Positions 7,970 to 19,124 of a DNA stretch of 64,000 nucleotides are shown piece by piece. Origin of the DNA: Candidatus Krumholzibacteriia bacterium. Lineage in GTDB: Bacteria > Krumholzibacteriota > Krumholzibacteriia > JAJRXK01. A program made the position numbers and the translations under genes. The first letter of the stretch is position 1; each line of letters opens with the position of its first letter. The notes below the pieces were generated by a model. The model was not told the DNA's origin, did not search any database, and saw nothing but the letters and a program-made list of their open reading frames with translations. Where the stretch lies: NCBI GenBank assembly GCA_041484665.1, contig JBGPIA010000012.1, positions 1 to 64,000 on the forward strand, in the 5' to 3' direction.

Positions 7970-8281
7970 CACGACAGCCACCCCATCCTCTAGCGCGAGC
8001 TCTACCGCTGCGCCGCACCGGGTTGCACGTGCCGCCGCAGGGAGGACCACCATCTGCACTACAAGGGCCGTGGCGACGACGACGTCCCGGACACCCGCAC
8101 CGCGCTGTGCCCCTTCCACCACCGTCTGGGCGAGCACGGCGGGCTCTTGCGCGTGCGCGGCCGCGCCCACCCCAACGCCCGCACGCTCGTGCGGGAGATG
8201 GGCATCGACCCCCAGGGCAGGCCCAAGGAGAGGTTCCGCGGAGATTGGAGGATGAACGGCGAATTCGAAGCGGCGAGGTAA
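7970..8281 (+). pseudogene. HNH endonuclease domain relic
   Basis: HDSHPIL*RELYRCAAPGCTCRRREDHHLHYKGRGDDDVPDTRTALCPFHHRLGEHGGLLRVRGRA..; CxxxxC, HH and CxxHH pattern; TAG at 7991-7993; no start. Confidence 0.6.
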
Positions 8282-8297
8282 GGACGAACGTGGCGAC

Positions 8298-10361
8298 TCA
8301 GCGAACGAGCGCGAGCTTTCGCGTCACGGCCCGTCCGCAGGCCTCCAGCCGGGCCACGTAGGTCCCTGACGCCACGCCTGCGCCGGCGGCGTCCAACCCG
8401 TCCCAGGTGACCACGTTGCGGCCTGCTTCCGCCGGTCCGTCGGCCAGCAGCCTGACCAACCGCCCGCGCAGGTCATGGATGCTCAGGCGCACCGATCCCG
8501 GAGCCGGCAGCGTGAACGACAGCGCGGTGCTCGGATTGAACGGATTGGGAGCATTCGGCTCGAGGGTCGCAACGGCAATCGCGACGGGGAGCTCGGGAGC
8601 CGCAGTCGGGAAGTTGGAGAGGTCCGTATGCACCACGTCGCGAAACAGCTCCATCGCGGCCAGCGAAATGCGGGCGCCAGGATCGAGCGCCCCATGGATG
8701 AACACGCCGAATACATAGTCCTGCGAGCCGTACGCCGTTCCCGTCCAGGTGGGCAGGCGCACCCAGCCAGCCTCCGAGTCGAACCGGCTGGCGCCCAGCC
8801 AGTAGCTTCCGGGCTTCCAGGTCAGGCGCACCTGCGCCCAGTAGGCCGGGGCCACTGCGGCCAGCCCCATCGCCTGGGCCTCCTGGTACACCAGAGTGCG
8901 CAGGTCATCGGTGAACCCGAACGCCCCGCTGCTCTCGTTGATCATCAGGCCCCAGCACGTCTCTCTCGTCGGCGCGTCGAGGAGGGTGCCGTTGACCTCC
9001 CCTTCGAAGAGCAGGCCGATATCCTCCAGCGTCATCCAGTTCGGGTTGTTCGCGAGCTGCGGGAAGCAGCCGATGGGAGTGTGCCGGATCCGCGTGTGGG
9101 TCATGCCGACAACGTTGGCGGCCATGGCATTCAGCACCGAGACCCCGTACCGCTGCATGAGCGCCAGCGTCGCGGCGTTGTCGGAGAACTGCATCATGTA
9201 CTGCAGCGTCTGGCGCAGCGTCATCGTGACGTACGGCGCGCCGCCCACCGGGCAGGTTCCGCTGTAGTTCACCGAATAGGTGAGCATGCTGTCGAGCCCG
9301 TCGCGTCCGGACATGACCTGACGCATCGCGTACAGCAGGGGAAGGGTCTTGATCGTGCTCGCGGGCTCGAACACGAACGTCGGCTGCAGCGACGCCAGCA
9401 CGGGGCCACCGACCCGCTTCAGGTAGGCCCCCGTGGACCCGTCGCTGCCGTAGGTAAGCGCGTCCGCGACGCGCGTGGTCAGCGGGTTGGAGTCGTTGAC
9501 CAGGGCGATGGCATAGGTGGTCTGGGCCCCTGCCTGGTAGTACACCTCGAAGTCGACCACGCGCGCGCCATTCTGGGCGAGCCGGGGCGCGATCTGGGAC
9601 GGTGTCACGGGGAAGTACCACCACCAGTGGACAGCCGCGGGGCCGCTGTTGGCCACCAGCAGCGCATCGAAGCGGCCGAAGGTAGCGTCTCGCAGCTGCA
9701 GGTTGACGATCCGCGCGGTGTTCGCCTCGGTGAACGCGTCCAGATCCGAACGCGACACGTTCGTCAACCGCCACCACCCGGTGGAGTCGGAGCCCGTGTT
9801 TGCGAGCATGACCACGTCGTAGCGCGGGACTCCGTTCTCCACGTAGCTCTCGATGTCGACCGGGCGGGCCTTGTGCTGGGCAAGGACAACACCGGGGTCG
9901 GACACCCCGGGAGAGAACCACCACTGCTTGGCCGCATCGCCTTCATTGAGGACCATGACCGCTGCGTAGCTGATCGTCCCGGTCGCCGGGTCGACGTAGC
10001 GCTCGATGTTCGTCAGGCGGGCGTGTCGTGCGCTGAGGCGCGATACGACGCCCAGGAGGTTGATCCCGAAGTCCCACCACCACGTCCGAGCGTACACGCC
10101 GGCATTGGCGACGAAGGCTGCCGTGAACAGGGTGGGATTAACGTGGACGACCTCGAGGTCGACGATGCGCGCGCCTCGCGTGGCGATCACACTGTCGACC
10201 TGGGCGCTCGTCGCGCTCTCGATCCACCAGGCTGGGGTCAGCTCGGCGAGGGTCCGGTCGTCGCCGGCCGAAGCGCCCGCGGTGGTGGCCCAGCACGGCC
10301 AGCCCAGCAGGGCGGCGAGCGCCAGCCGTGCCAAATGACATGGGCCGCGCATCGAGCGCAT
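8298..10361 (-). CDS. Secreted serine hydrolase of class A beta-lactamase-like fold, with N-terminal tandem repeats and a C-terminal FlgD/T9SS-like domain
   Basis: Signal peptide; about five ~50-aa WW..ARIVDLE repeats; PASTIK (SxxK), FSDNAAT (SDN), WKPGS; C-terminal PNPFNPST..WDG..VASGTY..RKLALVR. Confidence 0.85.
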   Translation of the reverse strand: MRSMRGPCHLARLALAALLGWPCWATTAGASAGDDRTLAELTPAWWIESATSAQVDSVIATRGARIVDLEVVHVNPTLFTAAFVANAGVYARTWWWDFGINLLGVVSRLSARHARLTNIERYVDPATGTISYAAVMVLNEGDAAKQWWFSPGVSDPGVVLAQHKARPVDIESYVENGVPRYDVVMLANTGSDSTGWWRLTNVSRSDLDAFTEANTARIVNLQLRDATFGRFDALLVANSGPAAVHWWWYFPVTPSQIAPRLAQNGARVVDFEVYYQAGAQTTYAIALVNDSNPLTTRVADALTYGSDGSTGAYLKRVGGPVLASLQPTFVFEPASTIKTLPLLYAMRQVMSGRDGLDSMLTYSVNYSGTCPVGGAPYVTMTLRQTLQYMMQFSDNAATLALMQRYGVSVLNAMAANVVGMTHTRIRHTPIGCFPQLANNPNWMTLEDIGLLFEGEVNGTLLDAPTRETCWGLMINESSGAFGFTDDLRTLVYQEAQAMGLAAVAPAYWAQVRLTWKPGSYWLGASRFDSEAGWVRLPTWTGTAYGSQDYVFGVFIHGALDPGARISLAAMELFRDVVHTDLSNFPTAAPELPVAIAVATLEPNAPNPFNPSTALSFTLPAPGSVRLSIHDLRGRLVRLLADGPAEAGRNVVTWDGLDAAGAGVASGTYVARLEACGRAVTRKLALVR

Positions 10362-10392
10362 GACGGCCTCCGGCTGCCATCCAACGGGGACG

Positions 10393-10430
10393 GGCGTTCT
10401 GGTTGGCGGGTCCAGGCGTTCTGGTTGGCG
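10393..10430. repeat. 16-bp perfect direct repeat with a 22-bp period
   Basis: GGCGTTCTGGTTGGCG at 10393-10408 and 10415-10430, just downstream of a minus-strand TATACT (10436-10441). Confidence 0.8.
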
Positions 10431-10530
10431 CGAAGAGTATAACCGATTTCGGGTGCCAGCCCTTAGGGCAGCGAACGCGGGGGCGGGCGGGTTGCGCGAG
10501 GCCGACTCTGGCTGGAGTCGCTCCCGCGCC

Positions 10531-10968
10531 TCAGGCCCCGCGCAAGTATGCCGCCTTCAACCGCGCCGCGGCACGCTCGCAGGCGGCCTCCGCGCGCTCG
10601 AGATCGATCGACTTGTCGTGCAGCGCGGCACGCAGCCGCTCCTTGCCACGCTGCAGCGCAGCCTTCGCGCGCTCGAGGTCGATCTGATCCTGGAACTCGC
10701 ACGAGTCCACCAGCAGGATGGCGCGGTTGTCCTTGACCTCGGCGAAGCCGAAGCCAACGGCGTAGTGCTTCTCCTGAACTCCGCCCTCGCCGCCCGGAGC
10801 AGTCTCGACGGTCACGACGCCGGGCCGCATGGCAGCGACCATGGGCGCATGGTGCGCCCACACGCCCAGGTAGCCGTCTGCGGCGGGCAATGTAAGGCTG
10901 GTCGCCATGCCGTCGAACGAGGTGCGCTCGGGCGTGACGATGGACACTTCAAAGGAGGCCTTGGCCAT
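10531..10968 (-). CDS. atpC: F1 ATP synthase epsilon subunit
   Basis: FEVSIVTPER..LPAADGYLGVWAHHAP..GFAEV..IDLERAKAA; last gene of the operon. Confidence 0.95.
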   Translation of the reverse strand: MAKASFEVSIVTPERTSFDGMATSLTLPAADGYLGVWAHHAPMVAAMRPGVVTVETAPGGEGGVQEKHYAVGFGFAEVKDNRAILLVDSCEFQDQIDLERAKAALQRGKERLRAALHDKSIDLERAEAACERAAARLKAAYLRGA

Positions 10969-11082
10969 GGACCTGCTCCACGCGGATGCGCGCGCCAAAC
11001 GGGTGCGCGCTGCGGCTGCGTCTGCCGAACCACTGCTCCCGGCGGTTGCGCACGCCCCCGCGATCGACGCGCCGGATTGGCG

Positions 11083-12615
<1,533 letters not shown>

Positions 12616-13824
12616 CTAGACGAGCGCCTCCGCGCCGCCGACGATCTCGCTGATCTCCTGGGTGATTGCCGCCTGCCGGGCCCGGTTGCGGAAGAGCACC
12701 AGCTTGTCGATCAGCTCGCCCGCGTTGTCGGTGGCCGACGACATGGAGGTCATTTGCGCGCCGTGCTCGCTCGTGAACGACTCCAGGACTGCCATATAGA
12801 GACGATTGCGGACCGCCTTGGGCAAGAGCGTCTGCAGCACCTGCTGGACGTCGGGCTCGTAGATGTAGTCGGTAGGCCGCTCGTGCGCGTCAACCAGCGC
12901 GGCGAGGGGGCCCCGGGCACCGGCGATGCGGTGGGCGCCAGCCGGGCCGCGGGCGTCAGCCAACCCGGGAGCGCCGGCCATCCCGGGAGCGCCGGCAGTC
13001 CCCTGCCCGCTGGCGCCGTCCTGGGCCCCGTGGACCCTGGCTGCCGCAGACAACTGCCCGCCCGCCTCGGTCCGCAGTTGCGCGCTCAACGGCAGCAGCG
13101 TGGACCGCTCCGCCCGGTAGCTCAACGTCGAGATAAAGCGCGTGGAAAAGACCACAATCTCCTGGACCTCGCCCTGCCGGTAGATCCGCATCAGCTCGTC
13201 GGCGATCTGATGGATGCGATCGGTTTCGACCGCCCCGCCGAAGTCGGTGACCGCCTTGCGGATCGGCCAGCGCCGGCGGCGGAAGTACTCGTTCGCCTTG
13301 CGTCCGATGGCGTAGATCTCGTGCTCGACGGCGGCAGCCTCGCCCTGGCCCGCTGCGCCCGCGCCGGCGGTCGCTCCCAGTGCACCCGGGCCTGCTCCGC
13401 CCACTGCACCCGCTGCCGCCGCTCCACTCGCGGTGGCACCGCCGGGGCTGTCGATGCGCTCCTGCTCGTCGAGATAGCGCTGCGCCAGCTTGATCACGTT
13501 GGCGTTGTAGCTGCCACAGAGCCCCTTGTCCGAGGTGACGACCACCAGCATCCGCTTGCGCACGTCGCGCGCCTCGAAGAACGGGTGCGCCACGCCAGCC
13601 GCGCCGCCTGCGCCGCCTGCGCCGCCTGCGCCCCCCGCGCTCCCCGCGCCGGCCACCCTCGCCAGCAGCTCGCCCAGCTTGGCCGCGTAGGGCCGGCTAT
13701 TGCGCAGGCGGCCCTCGGCCCGGCGCAACTTCGCCGCGGCCACCATCTTCATGGCCTTGGTGATCTGCTGCGTGTTCCGGATCGACCGGATGCGCTTGTC
13801 GATCTCTTTGATGTTCTGCGGCAC
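12616..13824 (-). CDS. atpG: F1 ATP synthase gamma subunit with three Ala/Gly-rich insertions (402 aa)
   Basis: QITKAMKMVAAAKL, TSDKGLCGSYN, ATDNA, RQAAITQEISEIVGGAEAL. Confidence 0.97.
   Translation of the reverse strand: MPQNIKEIDKRIRSIRNTQQITKAMKMVAAAKLRRAEGRLRNSRPYAAKLGELLARVAGAGSAGGAGGAGGAGGAAGVAHPFFEARDVRKRMLVVVTSDKGLCGSYNANVIKLAQRYLDEQERIDSPGGATASGAAAAGAVGGAGPGALGATAGAGAAGQGEAAAVEHEIYAIGRKANEYFRRRRWPIRKAVTDFGGAVETDRIHQIADELMRIYRQGEVQEIVVFSTRFISTLSYRAERSTLLPLSAQLRTEAGGQLSAAARVHGAQDGASGQGTAGAPGMAGAPGLADARGPAGAHRIAGARGPLAALVDAHERPTDYIYEPDVQQVLQTLLPKAVRNRLYMAVLESFTSEHGAQMTSMSSATDNAGELIDKLVLFRNRARQAAITQEISEIVGGAEALV
13601..13627. repeat. 9-bp tandem repeat (GCGCCGCCT)x3 with degenerate flanking copies, inside atpG
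   Basis: Read directly; encodes AGG repeats. Confidence 0.85.
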
Positions 13825-13893
13825 CGCGCGCTCCCGCTGGCCGGCTCGCCGTCGCCGGCCCTCAATCTCTTCGGGCGTCCGATCGCTTCCCGG

Positions 13894-15405
13894 TCACGTG
13901 GGCTGGTACGTCTTGTTGAACGTCTCGAGAGCCTGCTTCAGCGCCGCCACCGTTGCATCCGACAGCTGGCCCGTCTGCCGGATGTCGTGCAGCACGTCGG
14001 CGACCTTCTCCTCCATGAACGTATGCAGCTTCGTCTCGTAATCACGGACCTTGTCGACCGGGACCTGGTCCAGGTATCCATTGGTCACCGCGAAGATGAT
14101 GGCAACCTGCTTCTCCACGGCCATGGGTACGAACTGGTCCTGCTTGAGGATCTCCATCGTGCGTTGGCCGCGGGCGAGCTGCGCCTGCGTCGCCTTGTCC
14201 AGGTCGCTGGCGAACTGGGCGAACGCCGCCAGGGCGCGGTACTGCGCCAGGTCCAACCGCAGGCGCCCCGCGACCTTCTTCATCGCCTTGGTCTGGGCGT
14301 TGCCTCCCACGCGGCTCACCGAGATCCCGGGGTTCACCGCCGGCCGCTGGCCGCTATAGAACAGGTCGCTCTCGAGGTAGATCTGCCCGTCCGTGATGGA
14401 GATCACGTTCGTCGGGATGTACGCCGACACGTCGCCTGCCTGCGTCTCGATGATGGGGAGCGCGGTGAGGCTGCCGCCCCCCTCCTCGTCGCTGAGCTTG
14501 GCGGCGCGCTCGAGCAACCGGCTGTGCAGGTAGAAGACGTCGCCGGGGTAGGCCTCGCGCCCAGGCGGCCGCCGCAGCAGCAGCGCGAGCTGCCGGTAGG
14601 CCGCCGCCTGCTTGCTCAAGTCATCGTAGATGCACAACGCGTGCTTGCCGCTGAACATGAACTCCTCGCCGATCGCCGCTCCGGCGTAGGGCGCGATGTA
14701 CTGCAGCGGCGCCGGATCCGAGGCGCTGGCAGCCACGATGACGGTGTACTCCATGGCATCGTGCTCGCGCAGCACGCGCTCGACCGAGGCCACCGTGCTC
14801 GACTTCTGCCCGATCGCCACGTAGATGCAGTACACGCCCTTGCCGCGCTGATTGATGATCGTGTCGATCGCAATCGCGGTCTTGCCGGTCTGGCGGTCGC
14901 CGATGATGAGCTCGCGCTGGCCGCGGCCGATGGGGATCATGGAGTCGATGGACTTGAGTCCGGTCATCAGCGGCTCCTTCACCGGTTGCCGCTTCAGCAC
15001 GCCGGGAGCCTTCGAGTCCAGGATGCGCGTCTTCGTGGTCGGGATGGGCTTGCCGCCGTCCAGCGGCTGCCCCAGCGGGTTCACCACCCGCCCCAGCAGG
15101 GCATCACCCACCGGCACGCTGGCGATCCGGCCCGTTCGCTTGACGTGGTCGCCCTCCTTGATCTGCCGGTCGCTGCCGAAGATCGCGACGCCGATCGAGT
15201 CGGCCTCCAGGTTGAGCACCATGCCGATGGTGCCGCCGGGGAACTCCACCAGCTCTCCGGCCATGACGTCGCGCAGGCCATAGATGCGCGCGATACCGTC
15301 GCCCACCTGGAGGATGGTGCCGACGCTCTCGATGTCCAGCGCCTTGCTGTACGCCTTCAGCTCCTGGGTCAGCACGGAGCTGATCTCGTCCGGTCGCAGC
15401 TTCAC
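13894..15405 (-). CDS. atpA: F1 ATP synthase alpha subunit
   Basis: GTG start after [34 protein letters not shown]. Confidence 0.99.
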   Translation of the reverse strand: MKLRPDEISSVLTQELKAYSKALDIESVGTILQVGDGIARIYGLRDVMAGELVEFPGGTIGMVLNLEADSIGVAIFGSDRQIKEGDHVKRTGRIASVPVGDALLGRVVNPLGQPLDGGKPIPTTKTRILDSKAPGVLKRQPVKEPLMTGLKSIDSMIPIGRGQRELIIGDRQTGKTAIAIDTIINQRGKGVYCIYVAIGQKSSTVASVERVLREHDAMEYTVIVAASASDPAPLQYIAPYAGAAIGEEFMFSGKHALCIYDDLSKQAAAYRQLALLLRRPPGREAYPGDVFYLHSRLLERAAKLSDEEGGGSLTALPIIETQAGDVSAYIPTNVISITDGQIYLESDLFYSGQRPAVNPGISVSRVGGNAQTKAMKKVAGRLRLDLAQYRALAAFAQFASDLDKATQAQLARGQRTMEILKQDQFVPMAVEKQVAIIFAVTNGYLDQVPVDKVRDYETKLHTFMEEKVADVLHDIRQTGQLSDATVAALKQALETFNKTYQPT

Positions 15406-15481
15406 CGCGATCTCCTTTTGAAGTTCTCCCGGCGCCTGCGCTTCTCCCGGCGGCGCAAGTCCTCCCAGCAGACGCGGGCCC

Positions 15482-16039
15482 CTAGACCGGGGCCGCCAGC
15501 AGCTGCTTGCGCAGGTCGTCGAGGGCCGTCCTGATGCTGCCATCGATGACGCGGTCGTCGAGCACGACGATCAACCCGCCGAGGATCGCCGCGTCGACCT
15601 CCAGCTCCAGGATGCACTCCTTGCCGGTGGACGCGTCGAGCGCCCGCTTCAGCCGGTCGAGGGCATCCACCTTCAGCGCTACCGCCGAGATGACCTTCGC
15701 GCGCAGCTGATTGCGGCGCTCCTCCACCAGCTTCTGGAATGTGGCCGCGATCTCCGCCAGCGCCCCGATGCGGTCCTTGCGCAGCAGCATTCCCAGGAAT
15801 TCCAGCAGCATGGGCGTGATGCGCCCCGAAAGCGTCTTGCGCAGCAACTCCACCTTGTTCTCGGTGGGGATGTTGGGCCCCTCCAGGAACGCGCGCAGCG
15901 AGACGTTCTCCCGCACCAGCGCGGCGACCGCGGGCAGCTCCGCGGCCGTGTCCTCCAGGACGCCCTCGTCGAGCACGGCGCCCATCAGCCCCTGGGCGTA
16001 GCGCTGGGAGACACCCTGGTCCTGCTTGGCGCTAGGCAC
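15482..16039 (-). CDS. atpH: ATP synthase delta subunit
   Basis: [34 protein letters not shown] start overlapping the end of atpF. Confidence 0.93.
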   Translation of the reverse strand: MPSAKQDQGVSQRYAQGLMGAVLDEGVLEDTAAELPAVAALVRENVSLRAFLEGPNIPTENKVELLRKTLSGRITPMLLEFLGMLLRKDRIGALAEIAATFQKLVEERRNQLRAKVISAVALKVDALDRLKRALDASTGKECILELEVDAAILGGLIVVLDDRVIDGSIRTALDDLRKQLLAAPV

Positions 16040-16547
16040 GCACGTCTCCCAGCTGCTGGATGAAGTCCTCGACCAGGCGACGGTGCTTTCCGTCGTCGAG
16101 CTTCTCCTTGACGACCATCTCCGCCGCGGCGAGCGCCATCCCCACAACCTGCGAGCGCAGCTCGAGGCGCGCCGAGCGCACTTCGTGCTCGAGGTCGGTC
16201 TGGCCCTTGGCCAGGATGTCCTTGGCCTTGCCCCGGGCCTCCACCTCCAGCCGCGCCGCGATCTCCTCGCCGCGCTTGACGGCCTCCTGCACGCGCTCGC
16301 GCTCGATCGCTTTGATGTTGGCGAGCTTGCTCTCGAAGTCCCCGCGCAGTTGCTCGGCGCTCTGGAGCTGCTGCTCCGCCGCGGCATAGTCCGCGCGGAT
16401 CTTGTCGCGACGGGCGTCGATCATTCCCAGCAGCGGCCCCCACGCGTACTTGCGCAGCAGCCACAGCAGCATGAGAAACGCCAGAATGTTGGTGACGATG
16501 ACGGCGAGCAGTTGCCGGCCCGCCAGTCCGCCGGTCAGCGTATCCAT
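16032..16547 (-). CDS. atpF: Fo subunit b
   Basis: N-terminal TM, KYAWGPLLGMIDARRDKI, long coiled coil. Confidence 0.95.
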   Translation of the reverse strand: MDTLTGGLAGRQLLAVIVTNILAFLMLLWLLRKYAWGPLLGMIDARRDKIRADYAAAEQQLQSAEQLRGDFESKLANIKAIERERVQEAVKRGEEIAARLEVEARGKAKDILAKGQTDLEHEVRSARLELRSQVVGMALAAAEMVVKEKLDDGKHRRLVEDFIQQLGDVRA

Positions 16548-16572
16548 GGGTTGTCCGCGTCCAGTCTGTCGA

Positions 16573-16797
16573 TCAGCCGAGCTTGCCCATCAGCAGGATG
16601 ACCACCAGCAGCGCGTAGATCGTGAGCGCCTCGATGAACGCGGCGCCGATGATCATCGCCGTCTGGATCTGGCCGATCGCCTCGGGCTGGCGGCCCATCG
16701 CCTCCATGGCTCCGCTCACCGCCTTGCCCAGGCCCAGCGCGCTCCCCAGGGCCGCCAACCCGACGCCCAGCGGAAGAGCAAGTCCAAGCAGGTTCAT
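16573..16797 (-). CDS. atpE: Fo subunit c (H+-type ion site)
   Basis: GRQPEA loop, FIEALTIY; AAAGGAG RBS. Confidence 0.97.
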   Translation of the reverse strand: MNLLGLALPLGVGLAALGSALGLGKAVSGAMEAMGRQPEAIGQIQTAMIIGAAFIEALTIYALLVVILLMGKLG

Positions 16798-16810
16798 GAC
16801 CTCTCCTTTG

Positions 16811-17950
16811 TCATTTGGTGATCGCGGGCTGCGCGGCGCCGACACTTGCGACGCGCTCCCCACCGTGCCCAGCGTTCCCCTGCGCATCGAGGGCCGCGTG
16901 ACGAACGTGACCTCCGCGCCCGGCCTGGCCCTCATGCTGGCCCTCATGGCCGTGCTCCTCATGGGGCAGCATCAGCGAGATGTAGACTGTCGAGAGCAGC
17001 GAGAACACCATCGCCTGGATGAAACCCAACAGCATCGACAGCAGCATGAACGGGAAGTGCAGCGGCAGCCCGATGGGCAGCCGCAGCACCGAGAGCGCCG
17101 CCACGCCCAGGATCGCGAAAATCGCCAGCAGCATATCCTCGCCAAAGATGTTGCCGAACAGACGCAGGCTCAAGCTGACCGGCTTGATCAGCTCACCGAA
17201 GATCTCCAGGAACAGCATGAGCGGCGAAAGCGCCCAGCCCACGACGTCCTGCGGCGAGCCGCACAGATGCTTGAAGTAGCCCCACGGGCCGTTCTTGCGT
17301 ATGCCGGTGAATTGTACGTAGAGGAAAACGCACAGCGAGAGGCTGACGTTGTTCACCCAGCTGCTGGTGGGCGCCTTCGCGAGGGGGATCAGCCCCGAGT
17401 AGTTCATGAACAAGAGGTAGAGGAACAGCGTGCCGACGAACGGCGTGTAATGCCGCCCGCGCGGGCCCATCACGACCTTCACCATATTGTCGACGGTCTC
17501 GACGATCAGCTCGGCAAAGGCCTGCGGGCGCCCCGGCATCTCCGACAGGCGCCGGAAGACCAGCAGGCAGAGCACCGTCAGGACCAGCCCAGCCGACATC
17601 GCGAAGATGGAGTTCTCGAACATGCCGAGGTACCGCGCCGCGCGGGGGGGAAGCCCGGCGTGCTCCCGCAGCAGGCTCACCCAATTGGGGAGCTCGATGT
17701 TGCCTTCGTGCCCGGCTTCGTGCTGCGCCTGCGTGGCGACGCCGGGGGGCTTGGCGGAAGCGCCATTCGCCTCTGCGGCGGCGCCGGGGGCCTCTGCGCC
17801 ATGCTCCTGCTGCGCGAAGGCCCGCTGGGGAGCGCTCGGCCCAAGCAGCAGAACCGCGGCCAGCAGCGTGGCCAGCAGCATGCCCAGCAGCACGCCAGCA
17901 CAGCGTGGAAGCGTGCGGGCTTCCACTGTCCCCGTCCCGATCGCCTCCAT
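16811..17950 (-). CDS. atpB: Fo subunit a with a signal-peptide-like N-terminal extension and His-rich tail
   Basis: KPVSLSLRLFGNIFGED, IQAMVFSLLSTVYI. Start uncertain (ATG 17950 chosen). Confidence 0.93.
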   Translation of the reverse strand: MEAIGTGTVEARTLPRCAGVLLGMLLATLLAAVLLLGPSAPQRAFAQQEHGAEAPGAAAEANGASAKPPGVATQAQHEAGHEGNIELPNWVSLLREHAGLPPRAARYLGMFENSIFAMSAGLVLTVLCLLVFRRLSEMPGRPQAFAELIVETVDNMVKVVMGPRGRHYTPFVGTLFLYLLFMNYSGLIPLAKAPTSSWVNNVSLSLCVFLYVQFTGIRKNGPWGYFKHLCGSPQDVVGWALSPLMLFLEIFGELIKPVSLSLRLFGNIFGEDMLLAIFAILGVAALSVLRLPIGLPLHFPFMLLSMLLGFIQAMVFSLLSTVYISLMLPHEEHGHEGQHEGQAGRGGHVRHAALDAQGNAGHGGERVASVGAAQPAITK

Positions 17951-17952
17951 CC

Positions 17953-18390
17953 TCACGAGATGTTGCCCCGTCCTGCCGAGGTCCCGTCGATCTGCCGGCT
18001 GGGCAGGGCGGCCCTGGGCGCGACCAGTCGTCCTGCGGCCTTCAGTACGATCACCAGCAGTGGAAGGGAGAACCCCGCCAGGAGCGAGCGGGCGGGAAAG
18101 CCGCCACGCAGCGCGAGGAAAATCCCAACGGCGTACAGCAGCGGGATCTTGACGAGCAGCGCCACGAGGATCGCCCCGAGCTGGCGCCCCGCCGGCCGCA
18201 CCGCCAACCGGATCAGCCGTTCCAGCGCCCACAGGTTCGCCGTGCTCCACAGCGCACTTGCGGCGAACCCACCGCCCCACCGCACACCGACGCGCACGGT
18301 GAGAAAGCCGCCCAGCACCAGGGCGAGCCCCAGGCTGATCCAGCGCACCCGGCGCAGGAACCGATCGTCGACTCCGGTGACAGCTTGCAT
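17953..18390 (-). CDS. atpI: ATP synthase I-like membrane protein
   Basis: Four hydrophobic helices; lies immediately upstream of atpB. Confidence 0.75.
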   Translation of the reverse strand: MQAVTGVDDRFLRRVRWISLGLALVLGGFLTVRVGVRWGGGFAASALWSTANLWALERLIRLAVRPAGRQLGAILVALLVKIPLLYAVGIFLALRGGFPARSLLAGFSLPLLVIVLKAAGRLVAPRAALPSRQIDGTSAGRGNIS

Positions 18391-18495
18391 CCTGGTGGGC
18401 AGCGAAGGCCCTCGGGTTTGGGATCGAGTTGCCCGCGCGTGCGCGCGCCGCCGGGCCCTTGGGTGTCCCGCAGCCGACGGTCGGCCTGGGTTTCG

Positions 18496-18735
18496 TTACT
18501 GCTGCGCCCGCCGGAGGATCTGGATGACCTGGCGAGCGCTCGCAACGAGCCCCAGCACGATCCCTCCGAAGGACGGCCACGGGGCGTGATCGAAGCGACG
18601 CTCCAGCCAGCTACCCAAGAGGTATCCGAGCACGGGGCCCACCAGCAGGACCGTCGGGATCATCGTATAGAAGCCGATCTTGCGGGCGGCGTCTGCCGTC
18701 TTGCGCAGGCGCTCCGGATCGAGTTTCCCGTTCAC
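18496..18735 (-). CDS. AtpZ/AtpI-family small membrane protein
   Basis: GPVLGYLLGSWLERRFDHAPW..GIVLGL pattern; first gene of the atp operon. Confidence 0.85.
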   Translation of the reverse strand: MNGKLDPERLRKTADAARKIGFYTMIPTVLLVGPVLGYLLGSWLERRFDHAPWPSFGGIVLGLVASARQVIQILRRAQQ

Positions 18736-18834
18736 CGCAGATCCGCCGGACCGGCCCGACCTCTCACCGCCGGGCGGAGGCCTGGGCCCTCGAACTGCTT
18801 CTACGAAGCGACCATCCGCCGCGAAGGCCGCAGG

Positions 18835-18862
18835 AGTATAGGCCCAGCCGCTTGGGCGTCAA
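18835..18862 (-). promoter_or_regulatory. sigma70-type promoter of the atp operon
   Basis: TTGACG (18862-18857), 16-bp spacer, TATACT (18840-18835). Confidence 0.75.
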
Positions 18863-18873
18863 GCGCGGAGGCC

Positions 18874-18947
18874 TGGTTCGGCGGGGAGGATTCGAACCCC
18901 CATAACCGGAACCAAAATCCGGGGTCCTACCTTTGGACGACCGCCGA
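18874..18947 (-). tRNA. tRNA-Gln (anticodon TTG)
   Basis: TCGGCGG/CCGCCGA acceptor stem, CCGGA-TTTTGGT-TCCGG anticodon arm, GGTTCGAATCC T-loop, encoded CCA. Confidence 0.95.
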
Positions 18948-19124
18948 GCCCGAACCTCTGTCGCATCCCTACCCGGCCGGGTGCAGGGTGGTCAAGGTAT
19001 CACCGCCGGGGCAGCCACGGCCACCCTCAGCCCGCCGTCCCGCCGAGCTTTGGACCCTCCGCAGCGCCGTCCACCCGCGCTTTCCCGTGGCGAAATCGGA
19101 ACCGCCGTCCCATCATAGGATGCC

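Noticed and set aside
16573..16797. Na+-translocating or N-type ATPase
   Set aside because: The c subunit has EALTIY without the Gln and ES/T sodium ligands, and the gene order is the canonical F-type with delta present.
18874..18947. tRNA-Sec, or a tRNA used as an integration site
   Set aside because: The anticodon is TTG with a short variable loop, and I see no integrase or duplicated 3' end nearby.
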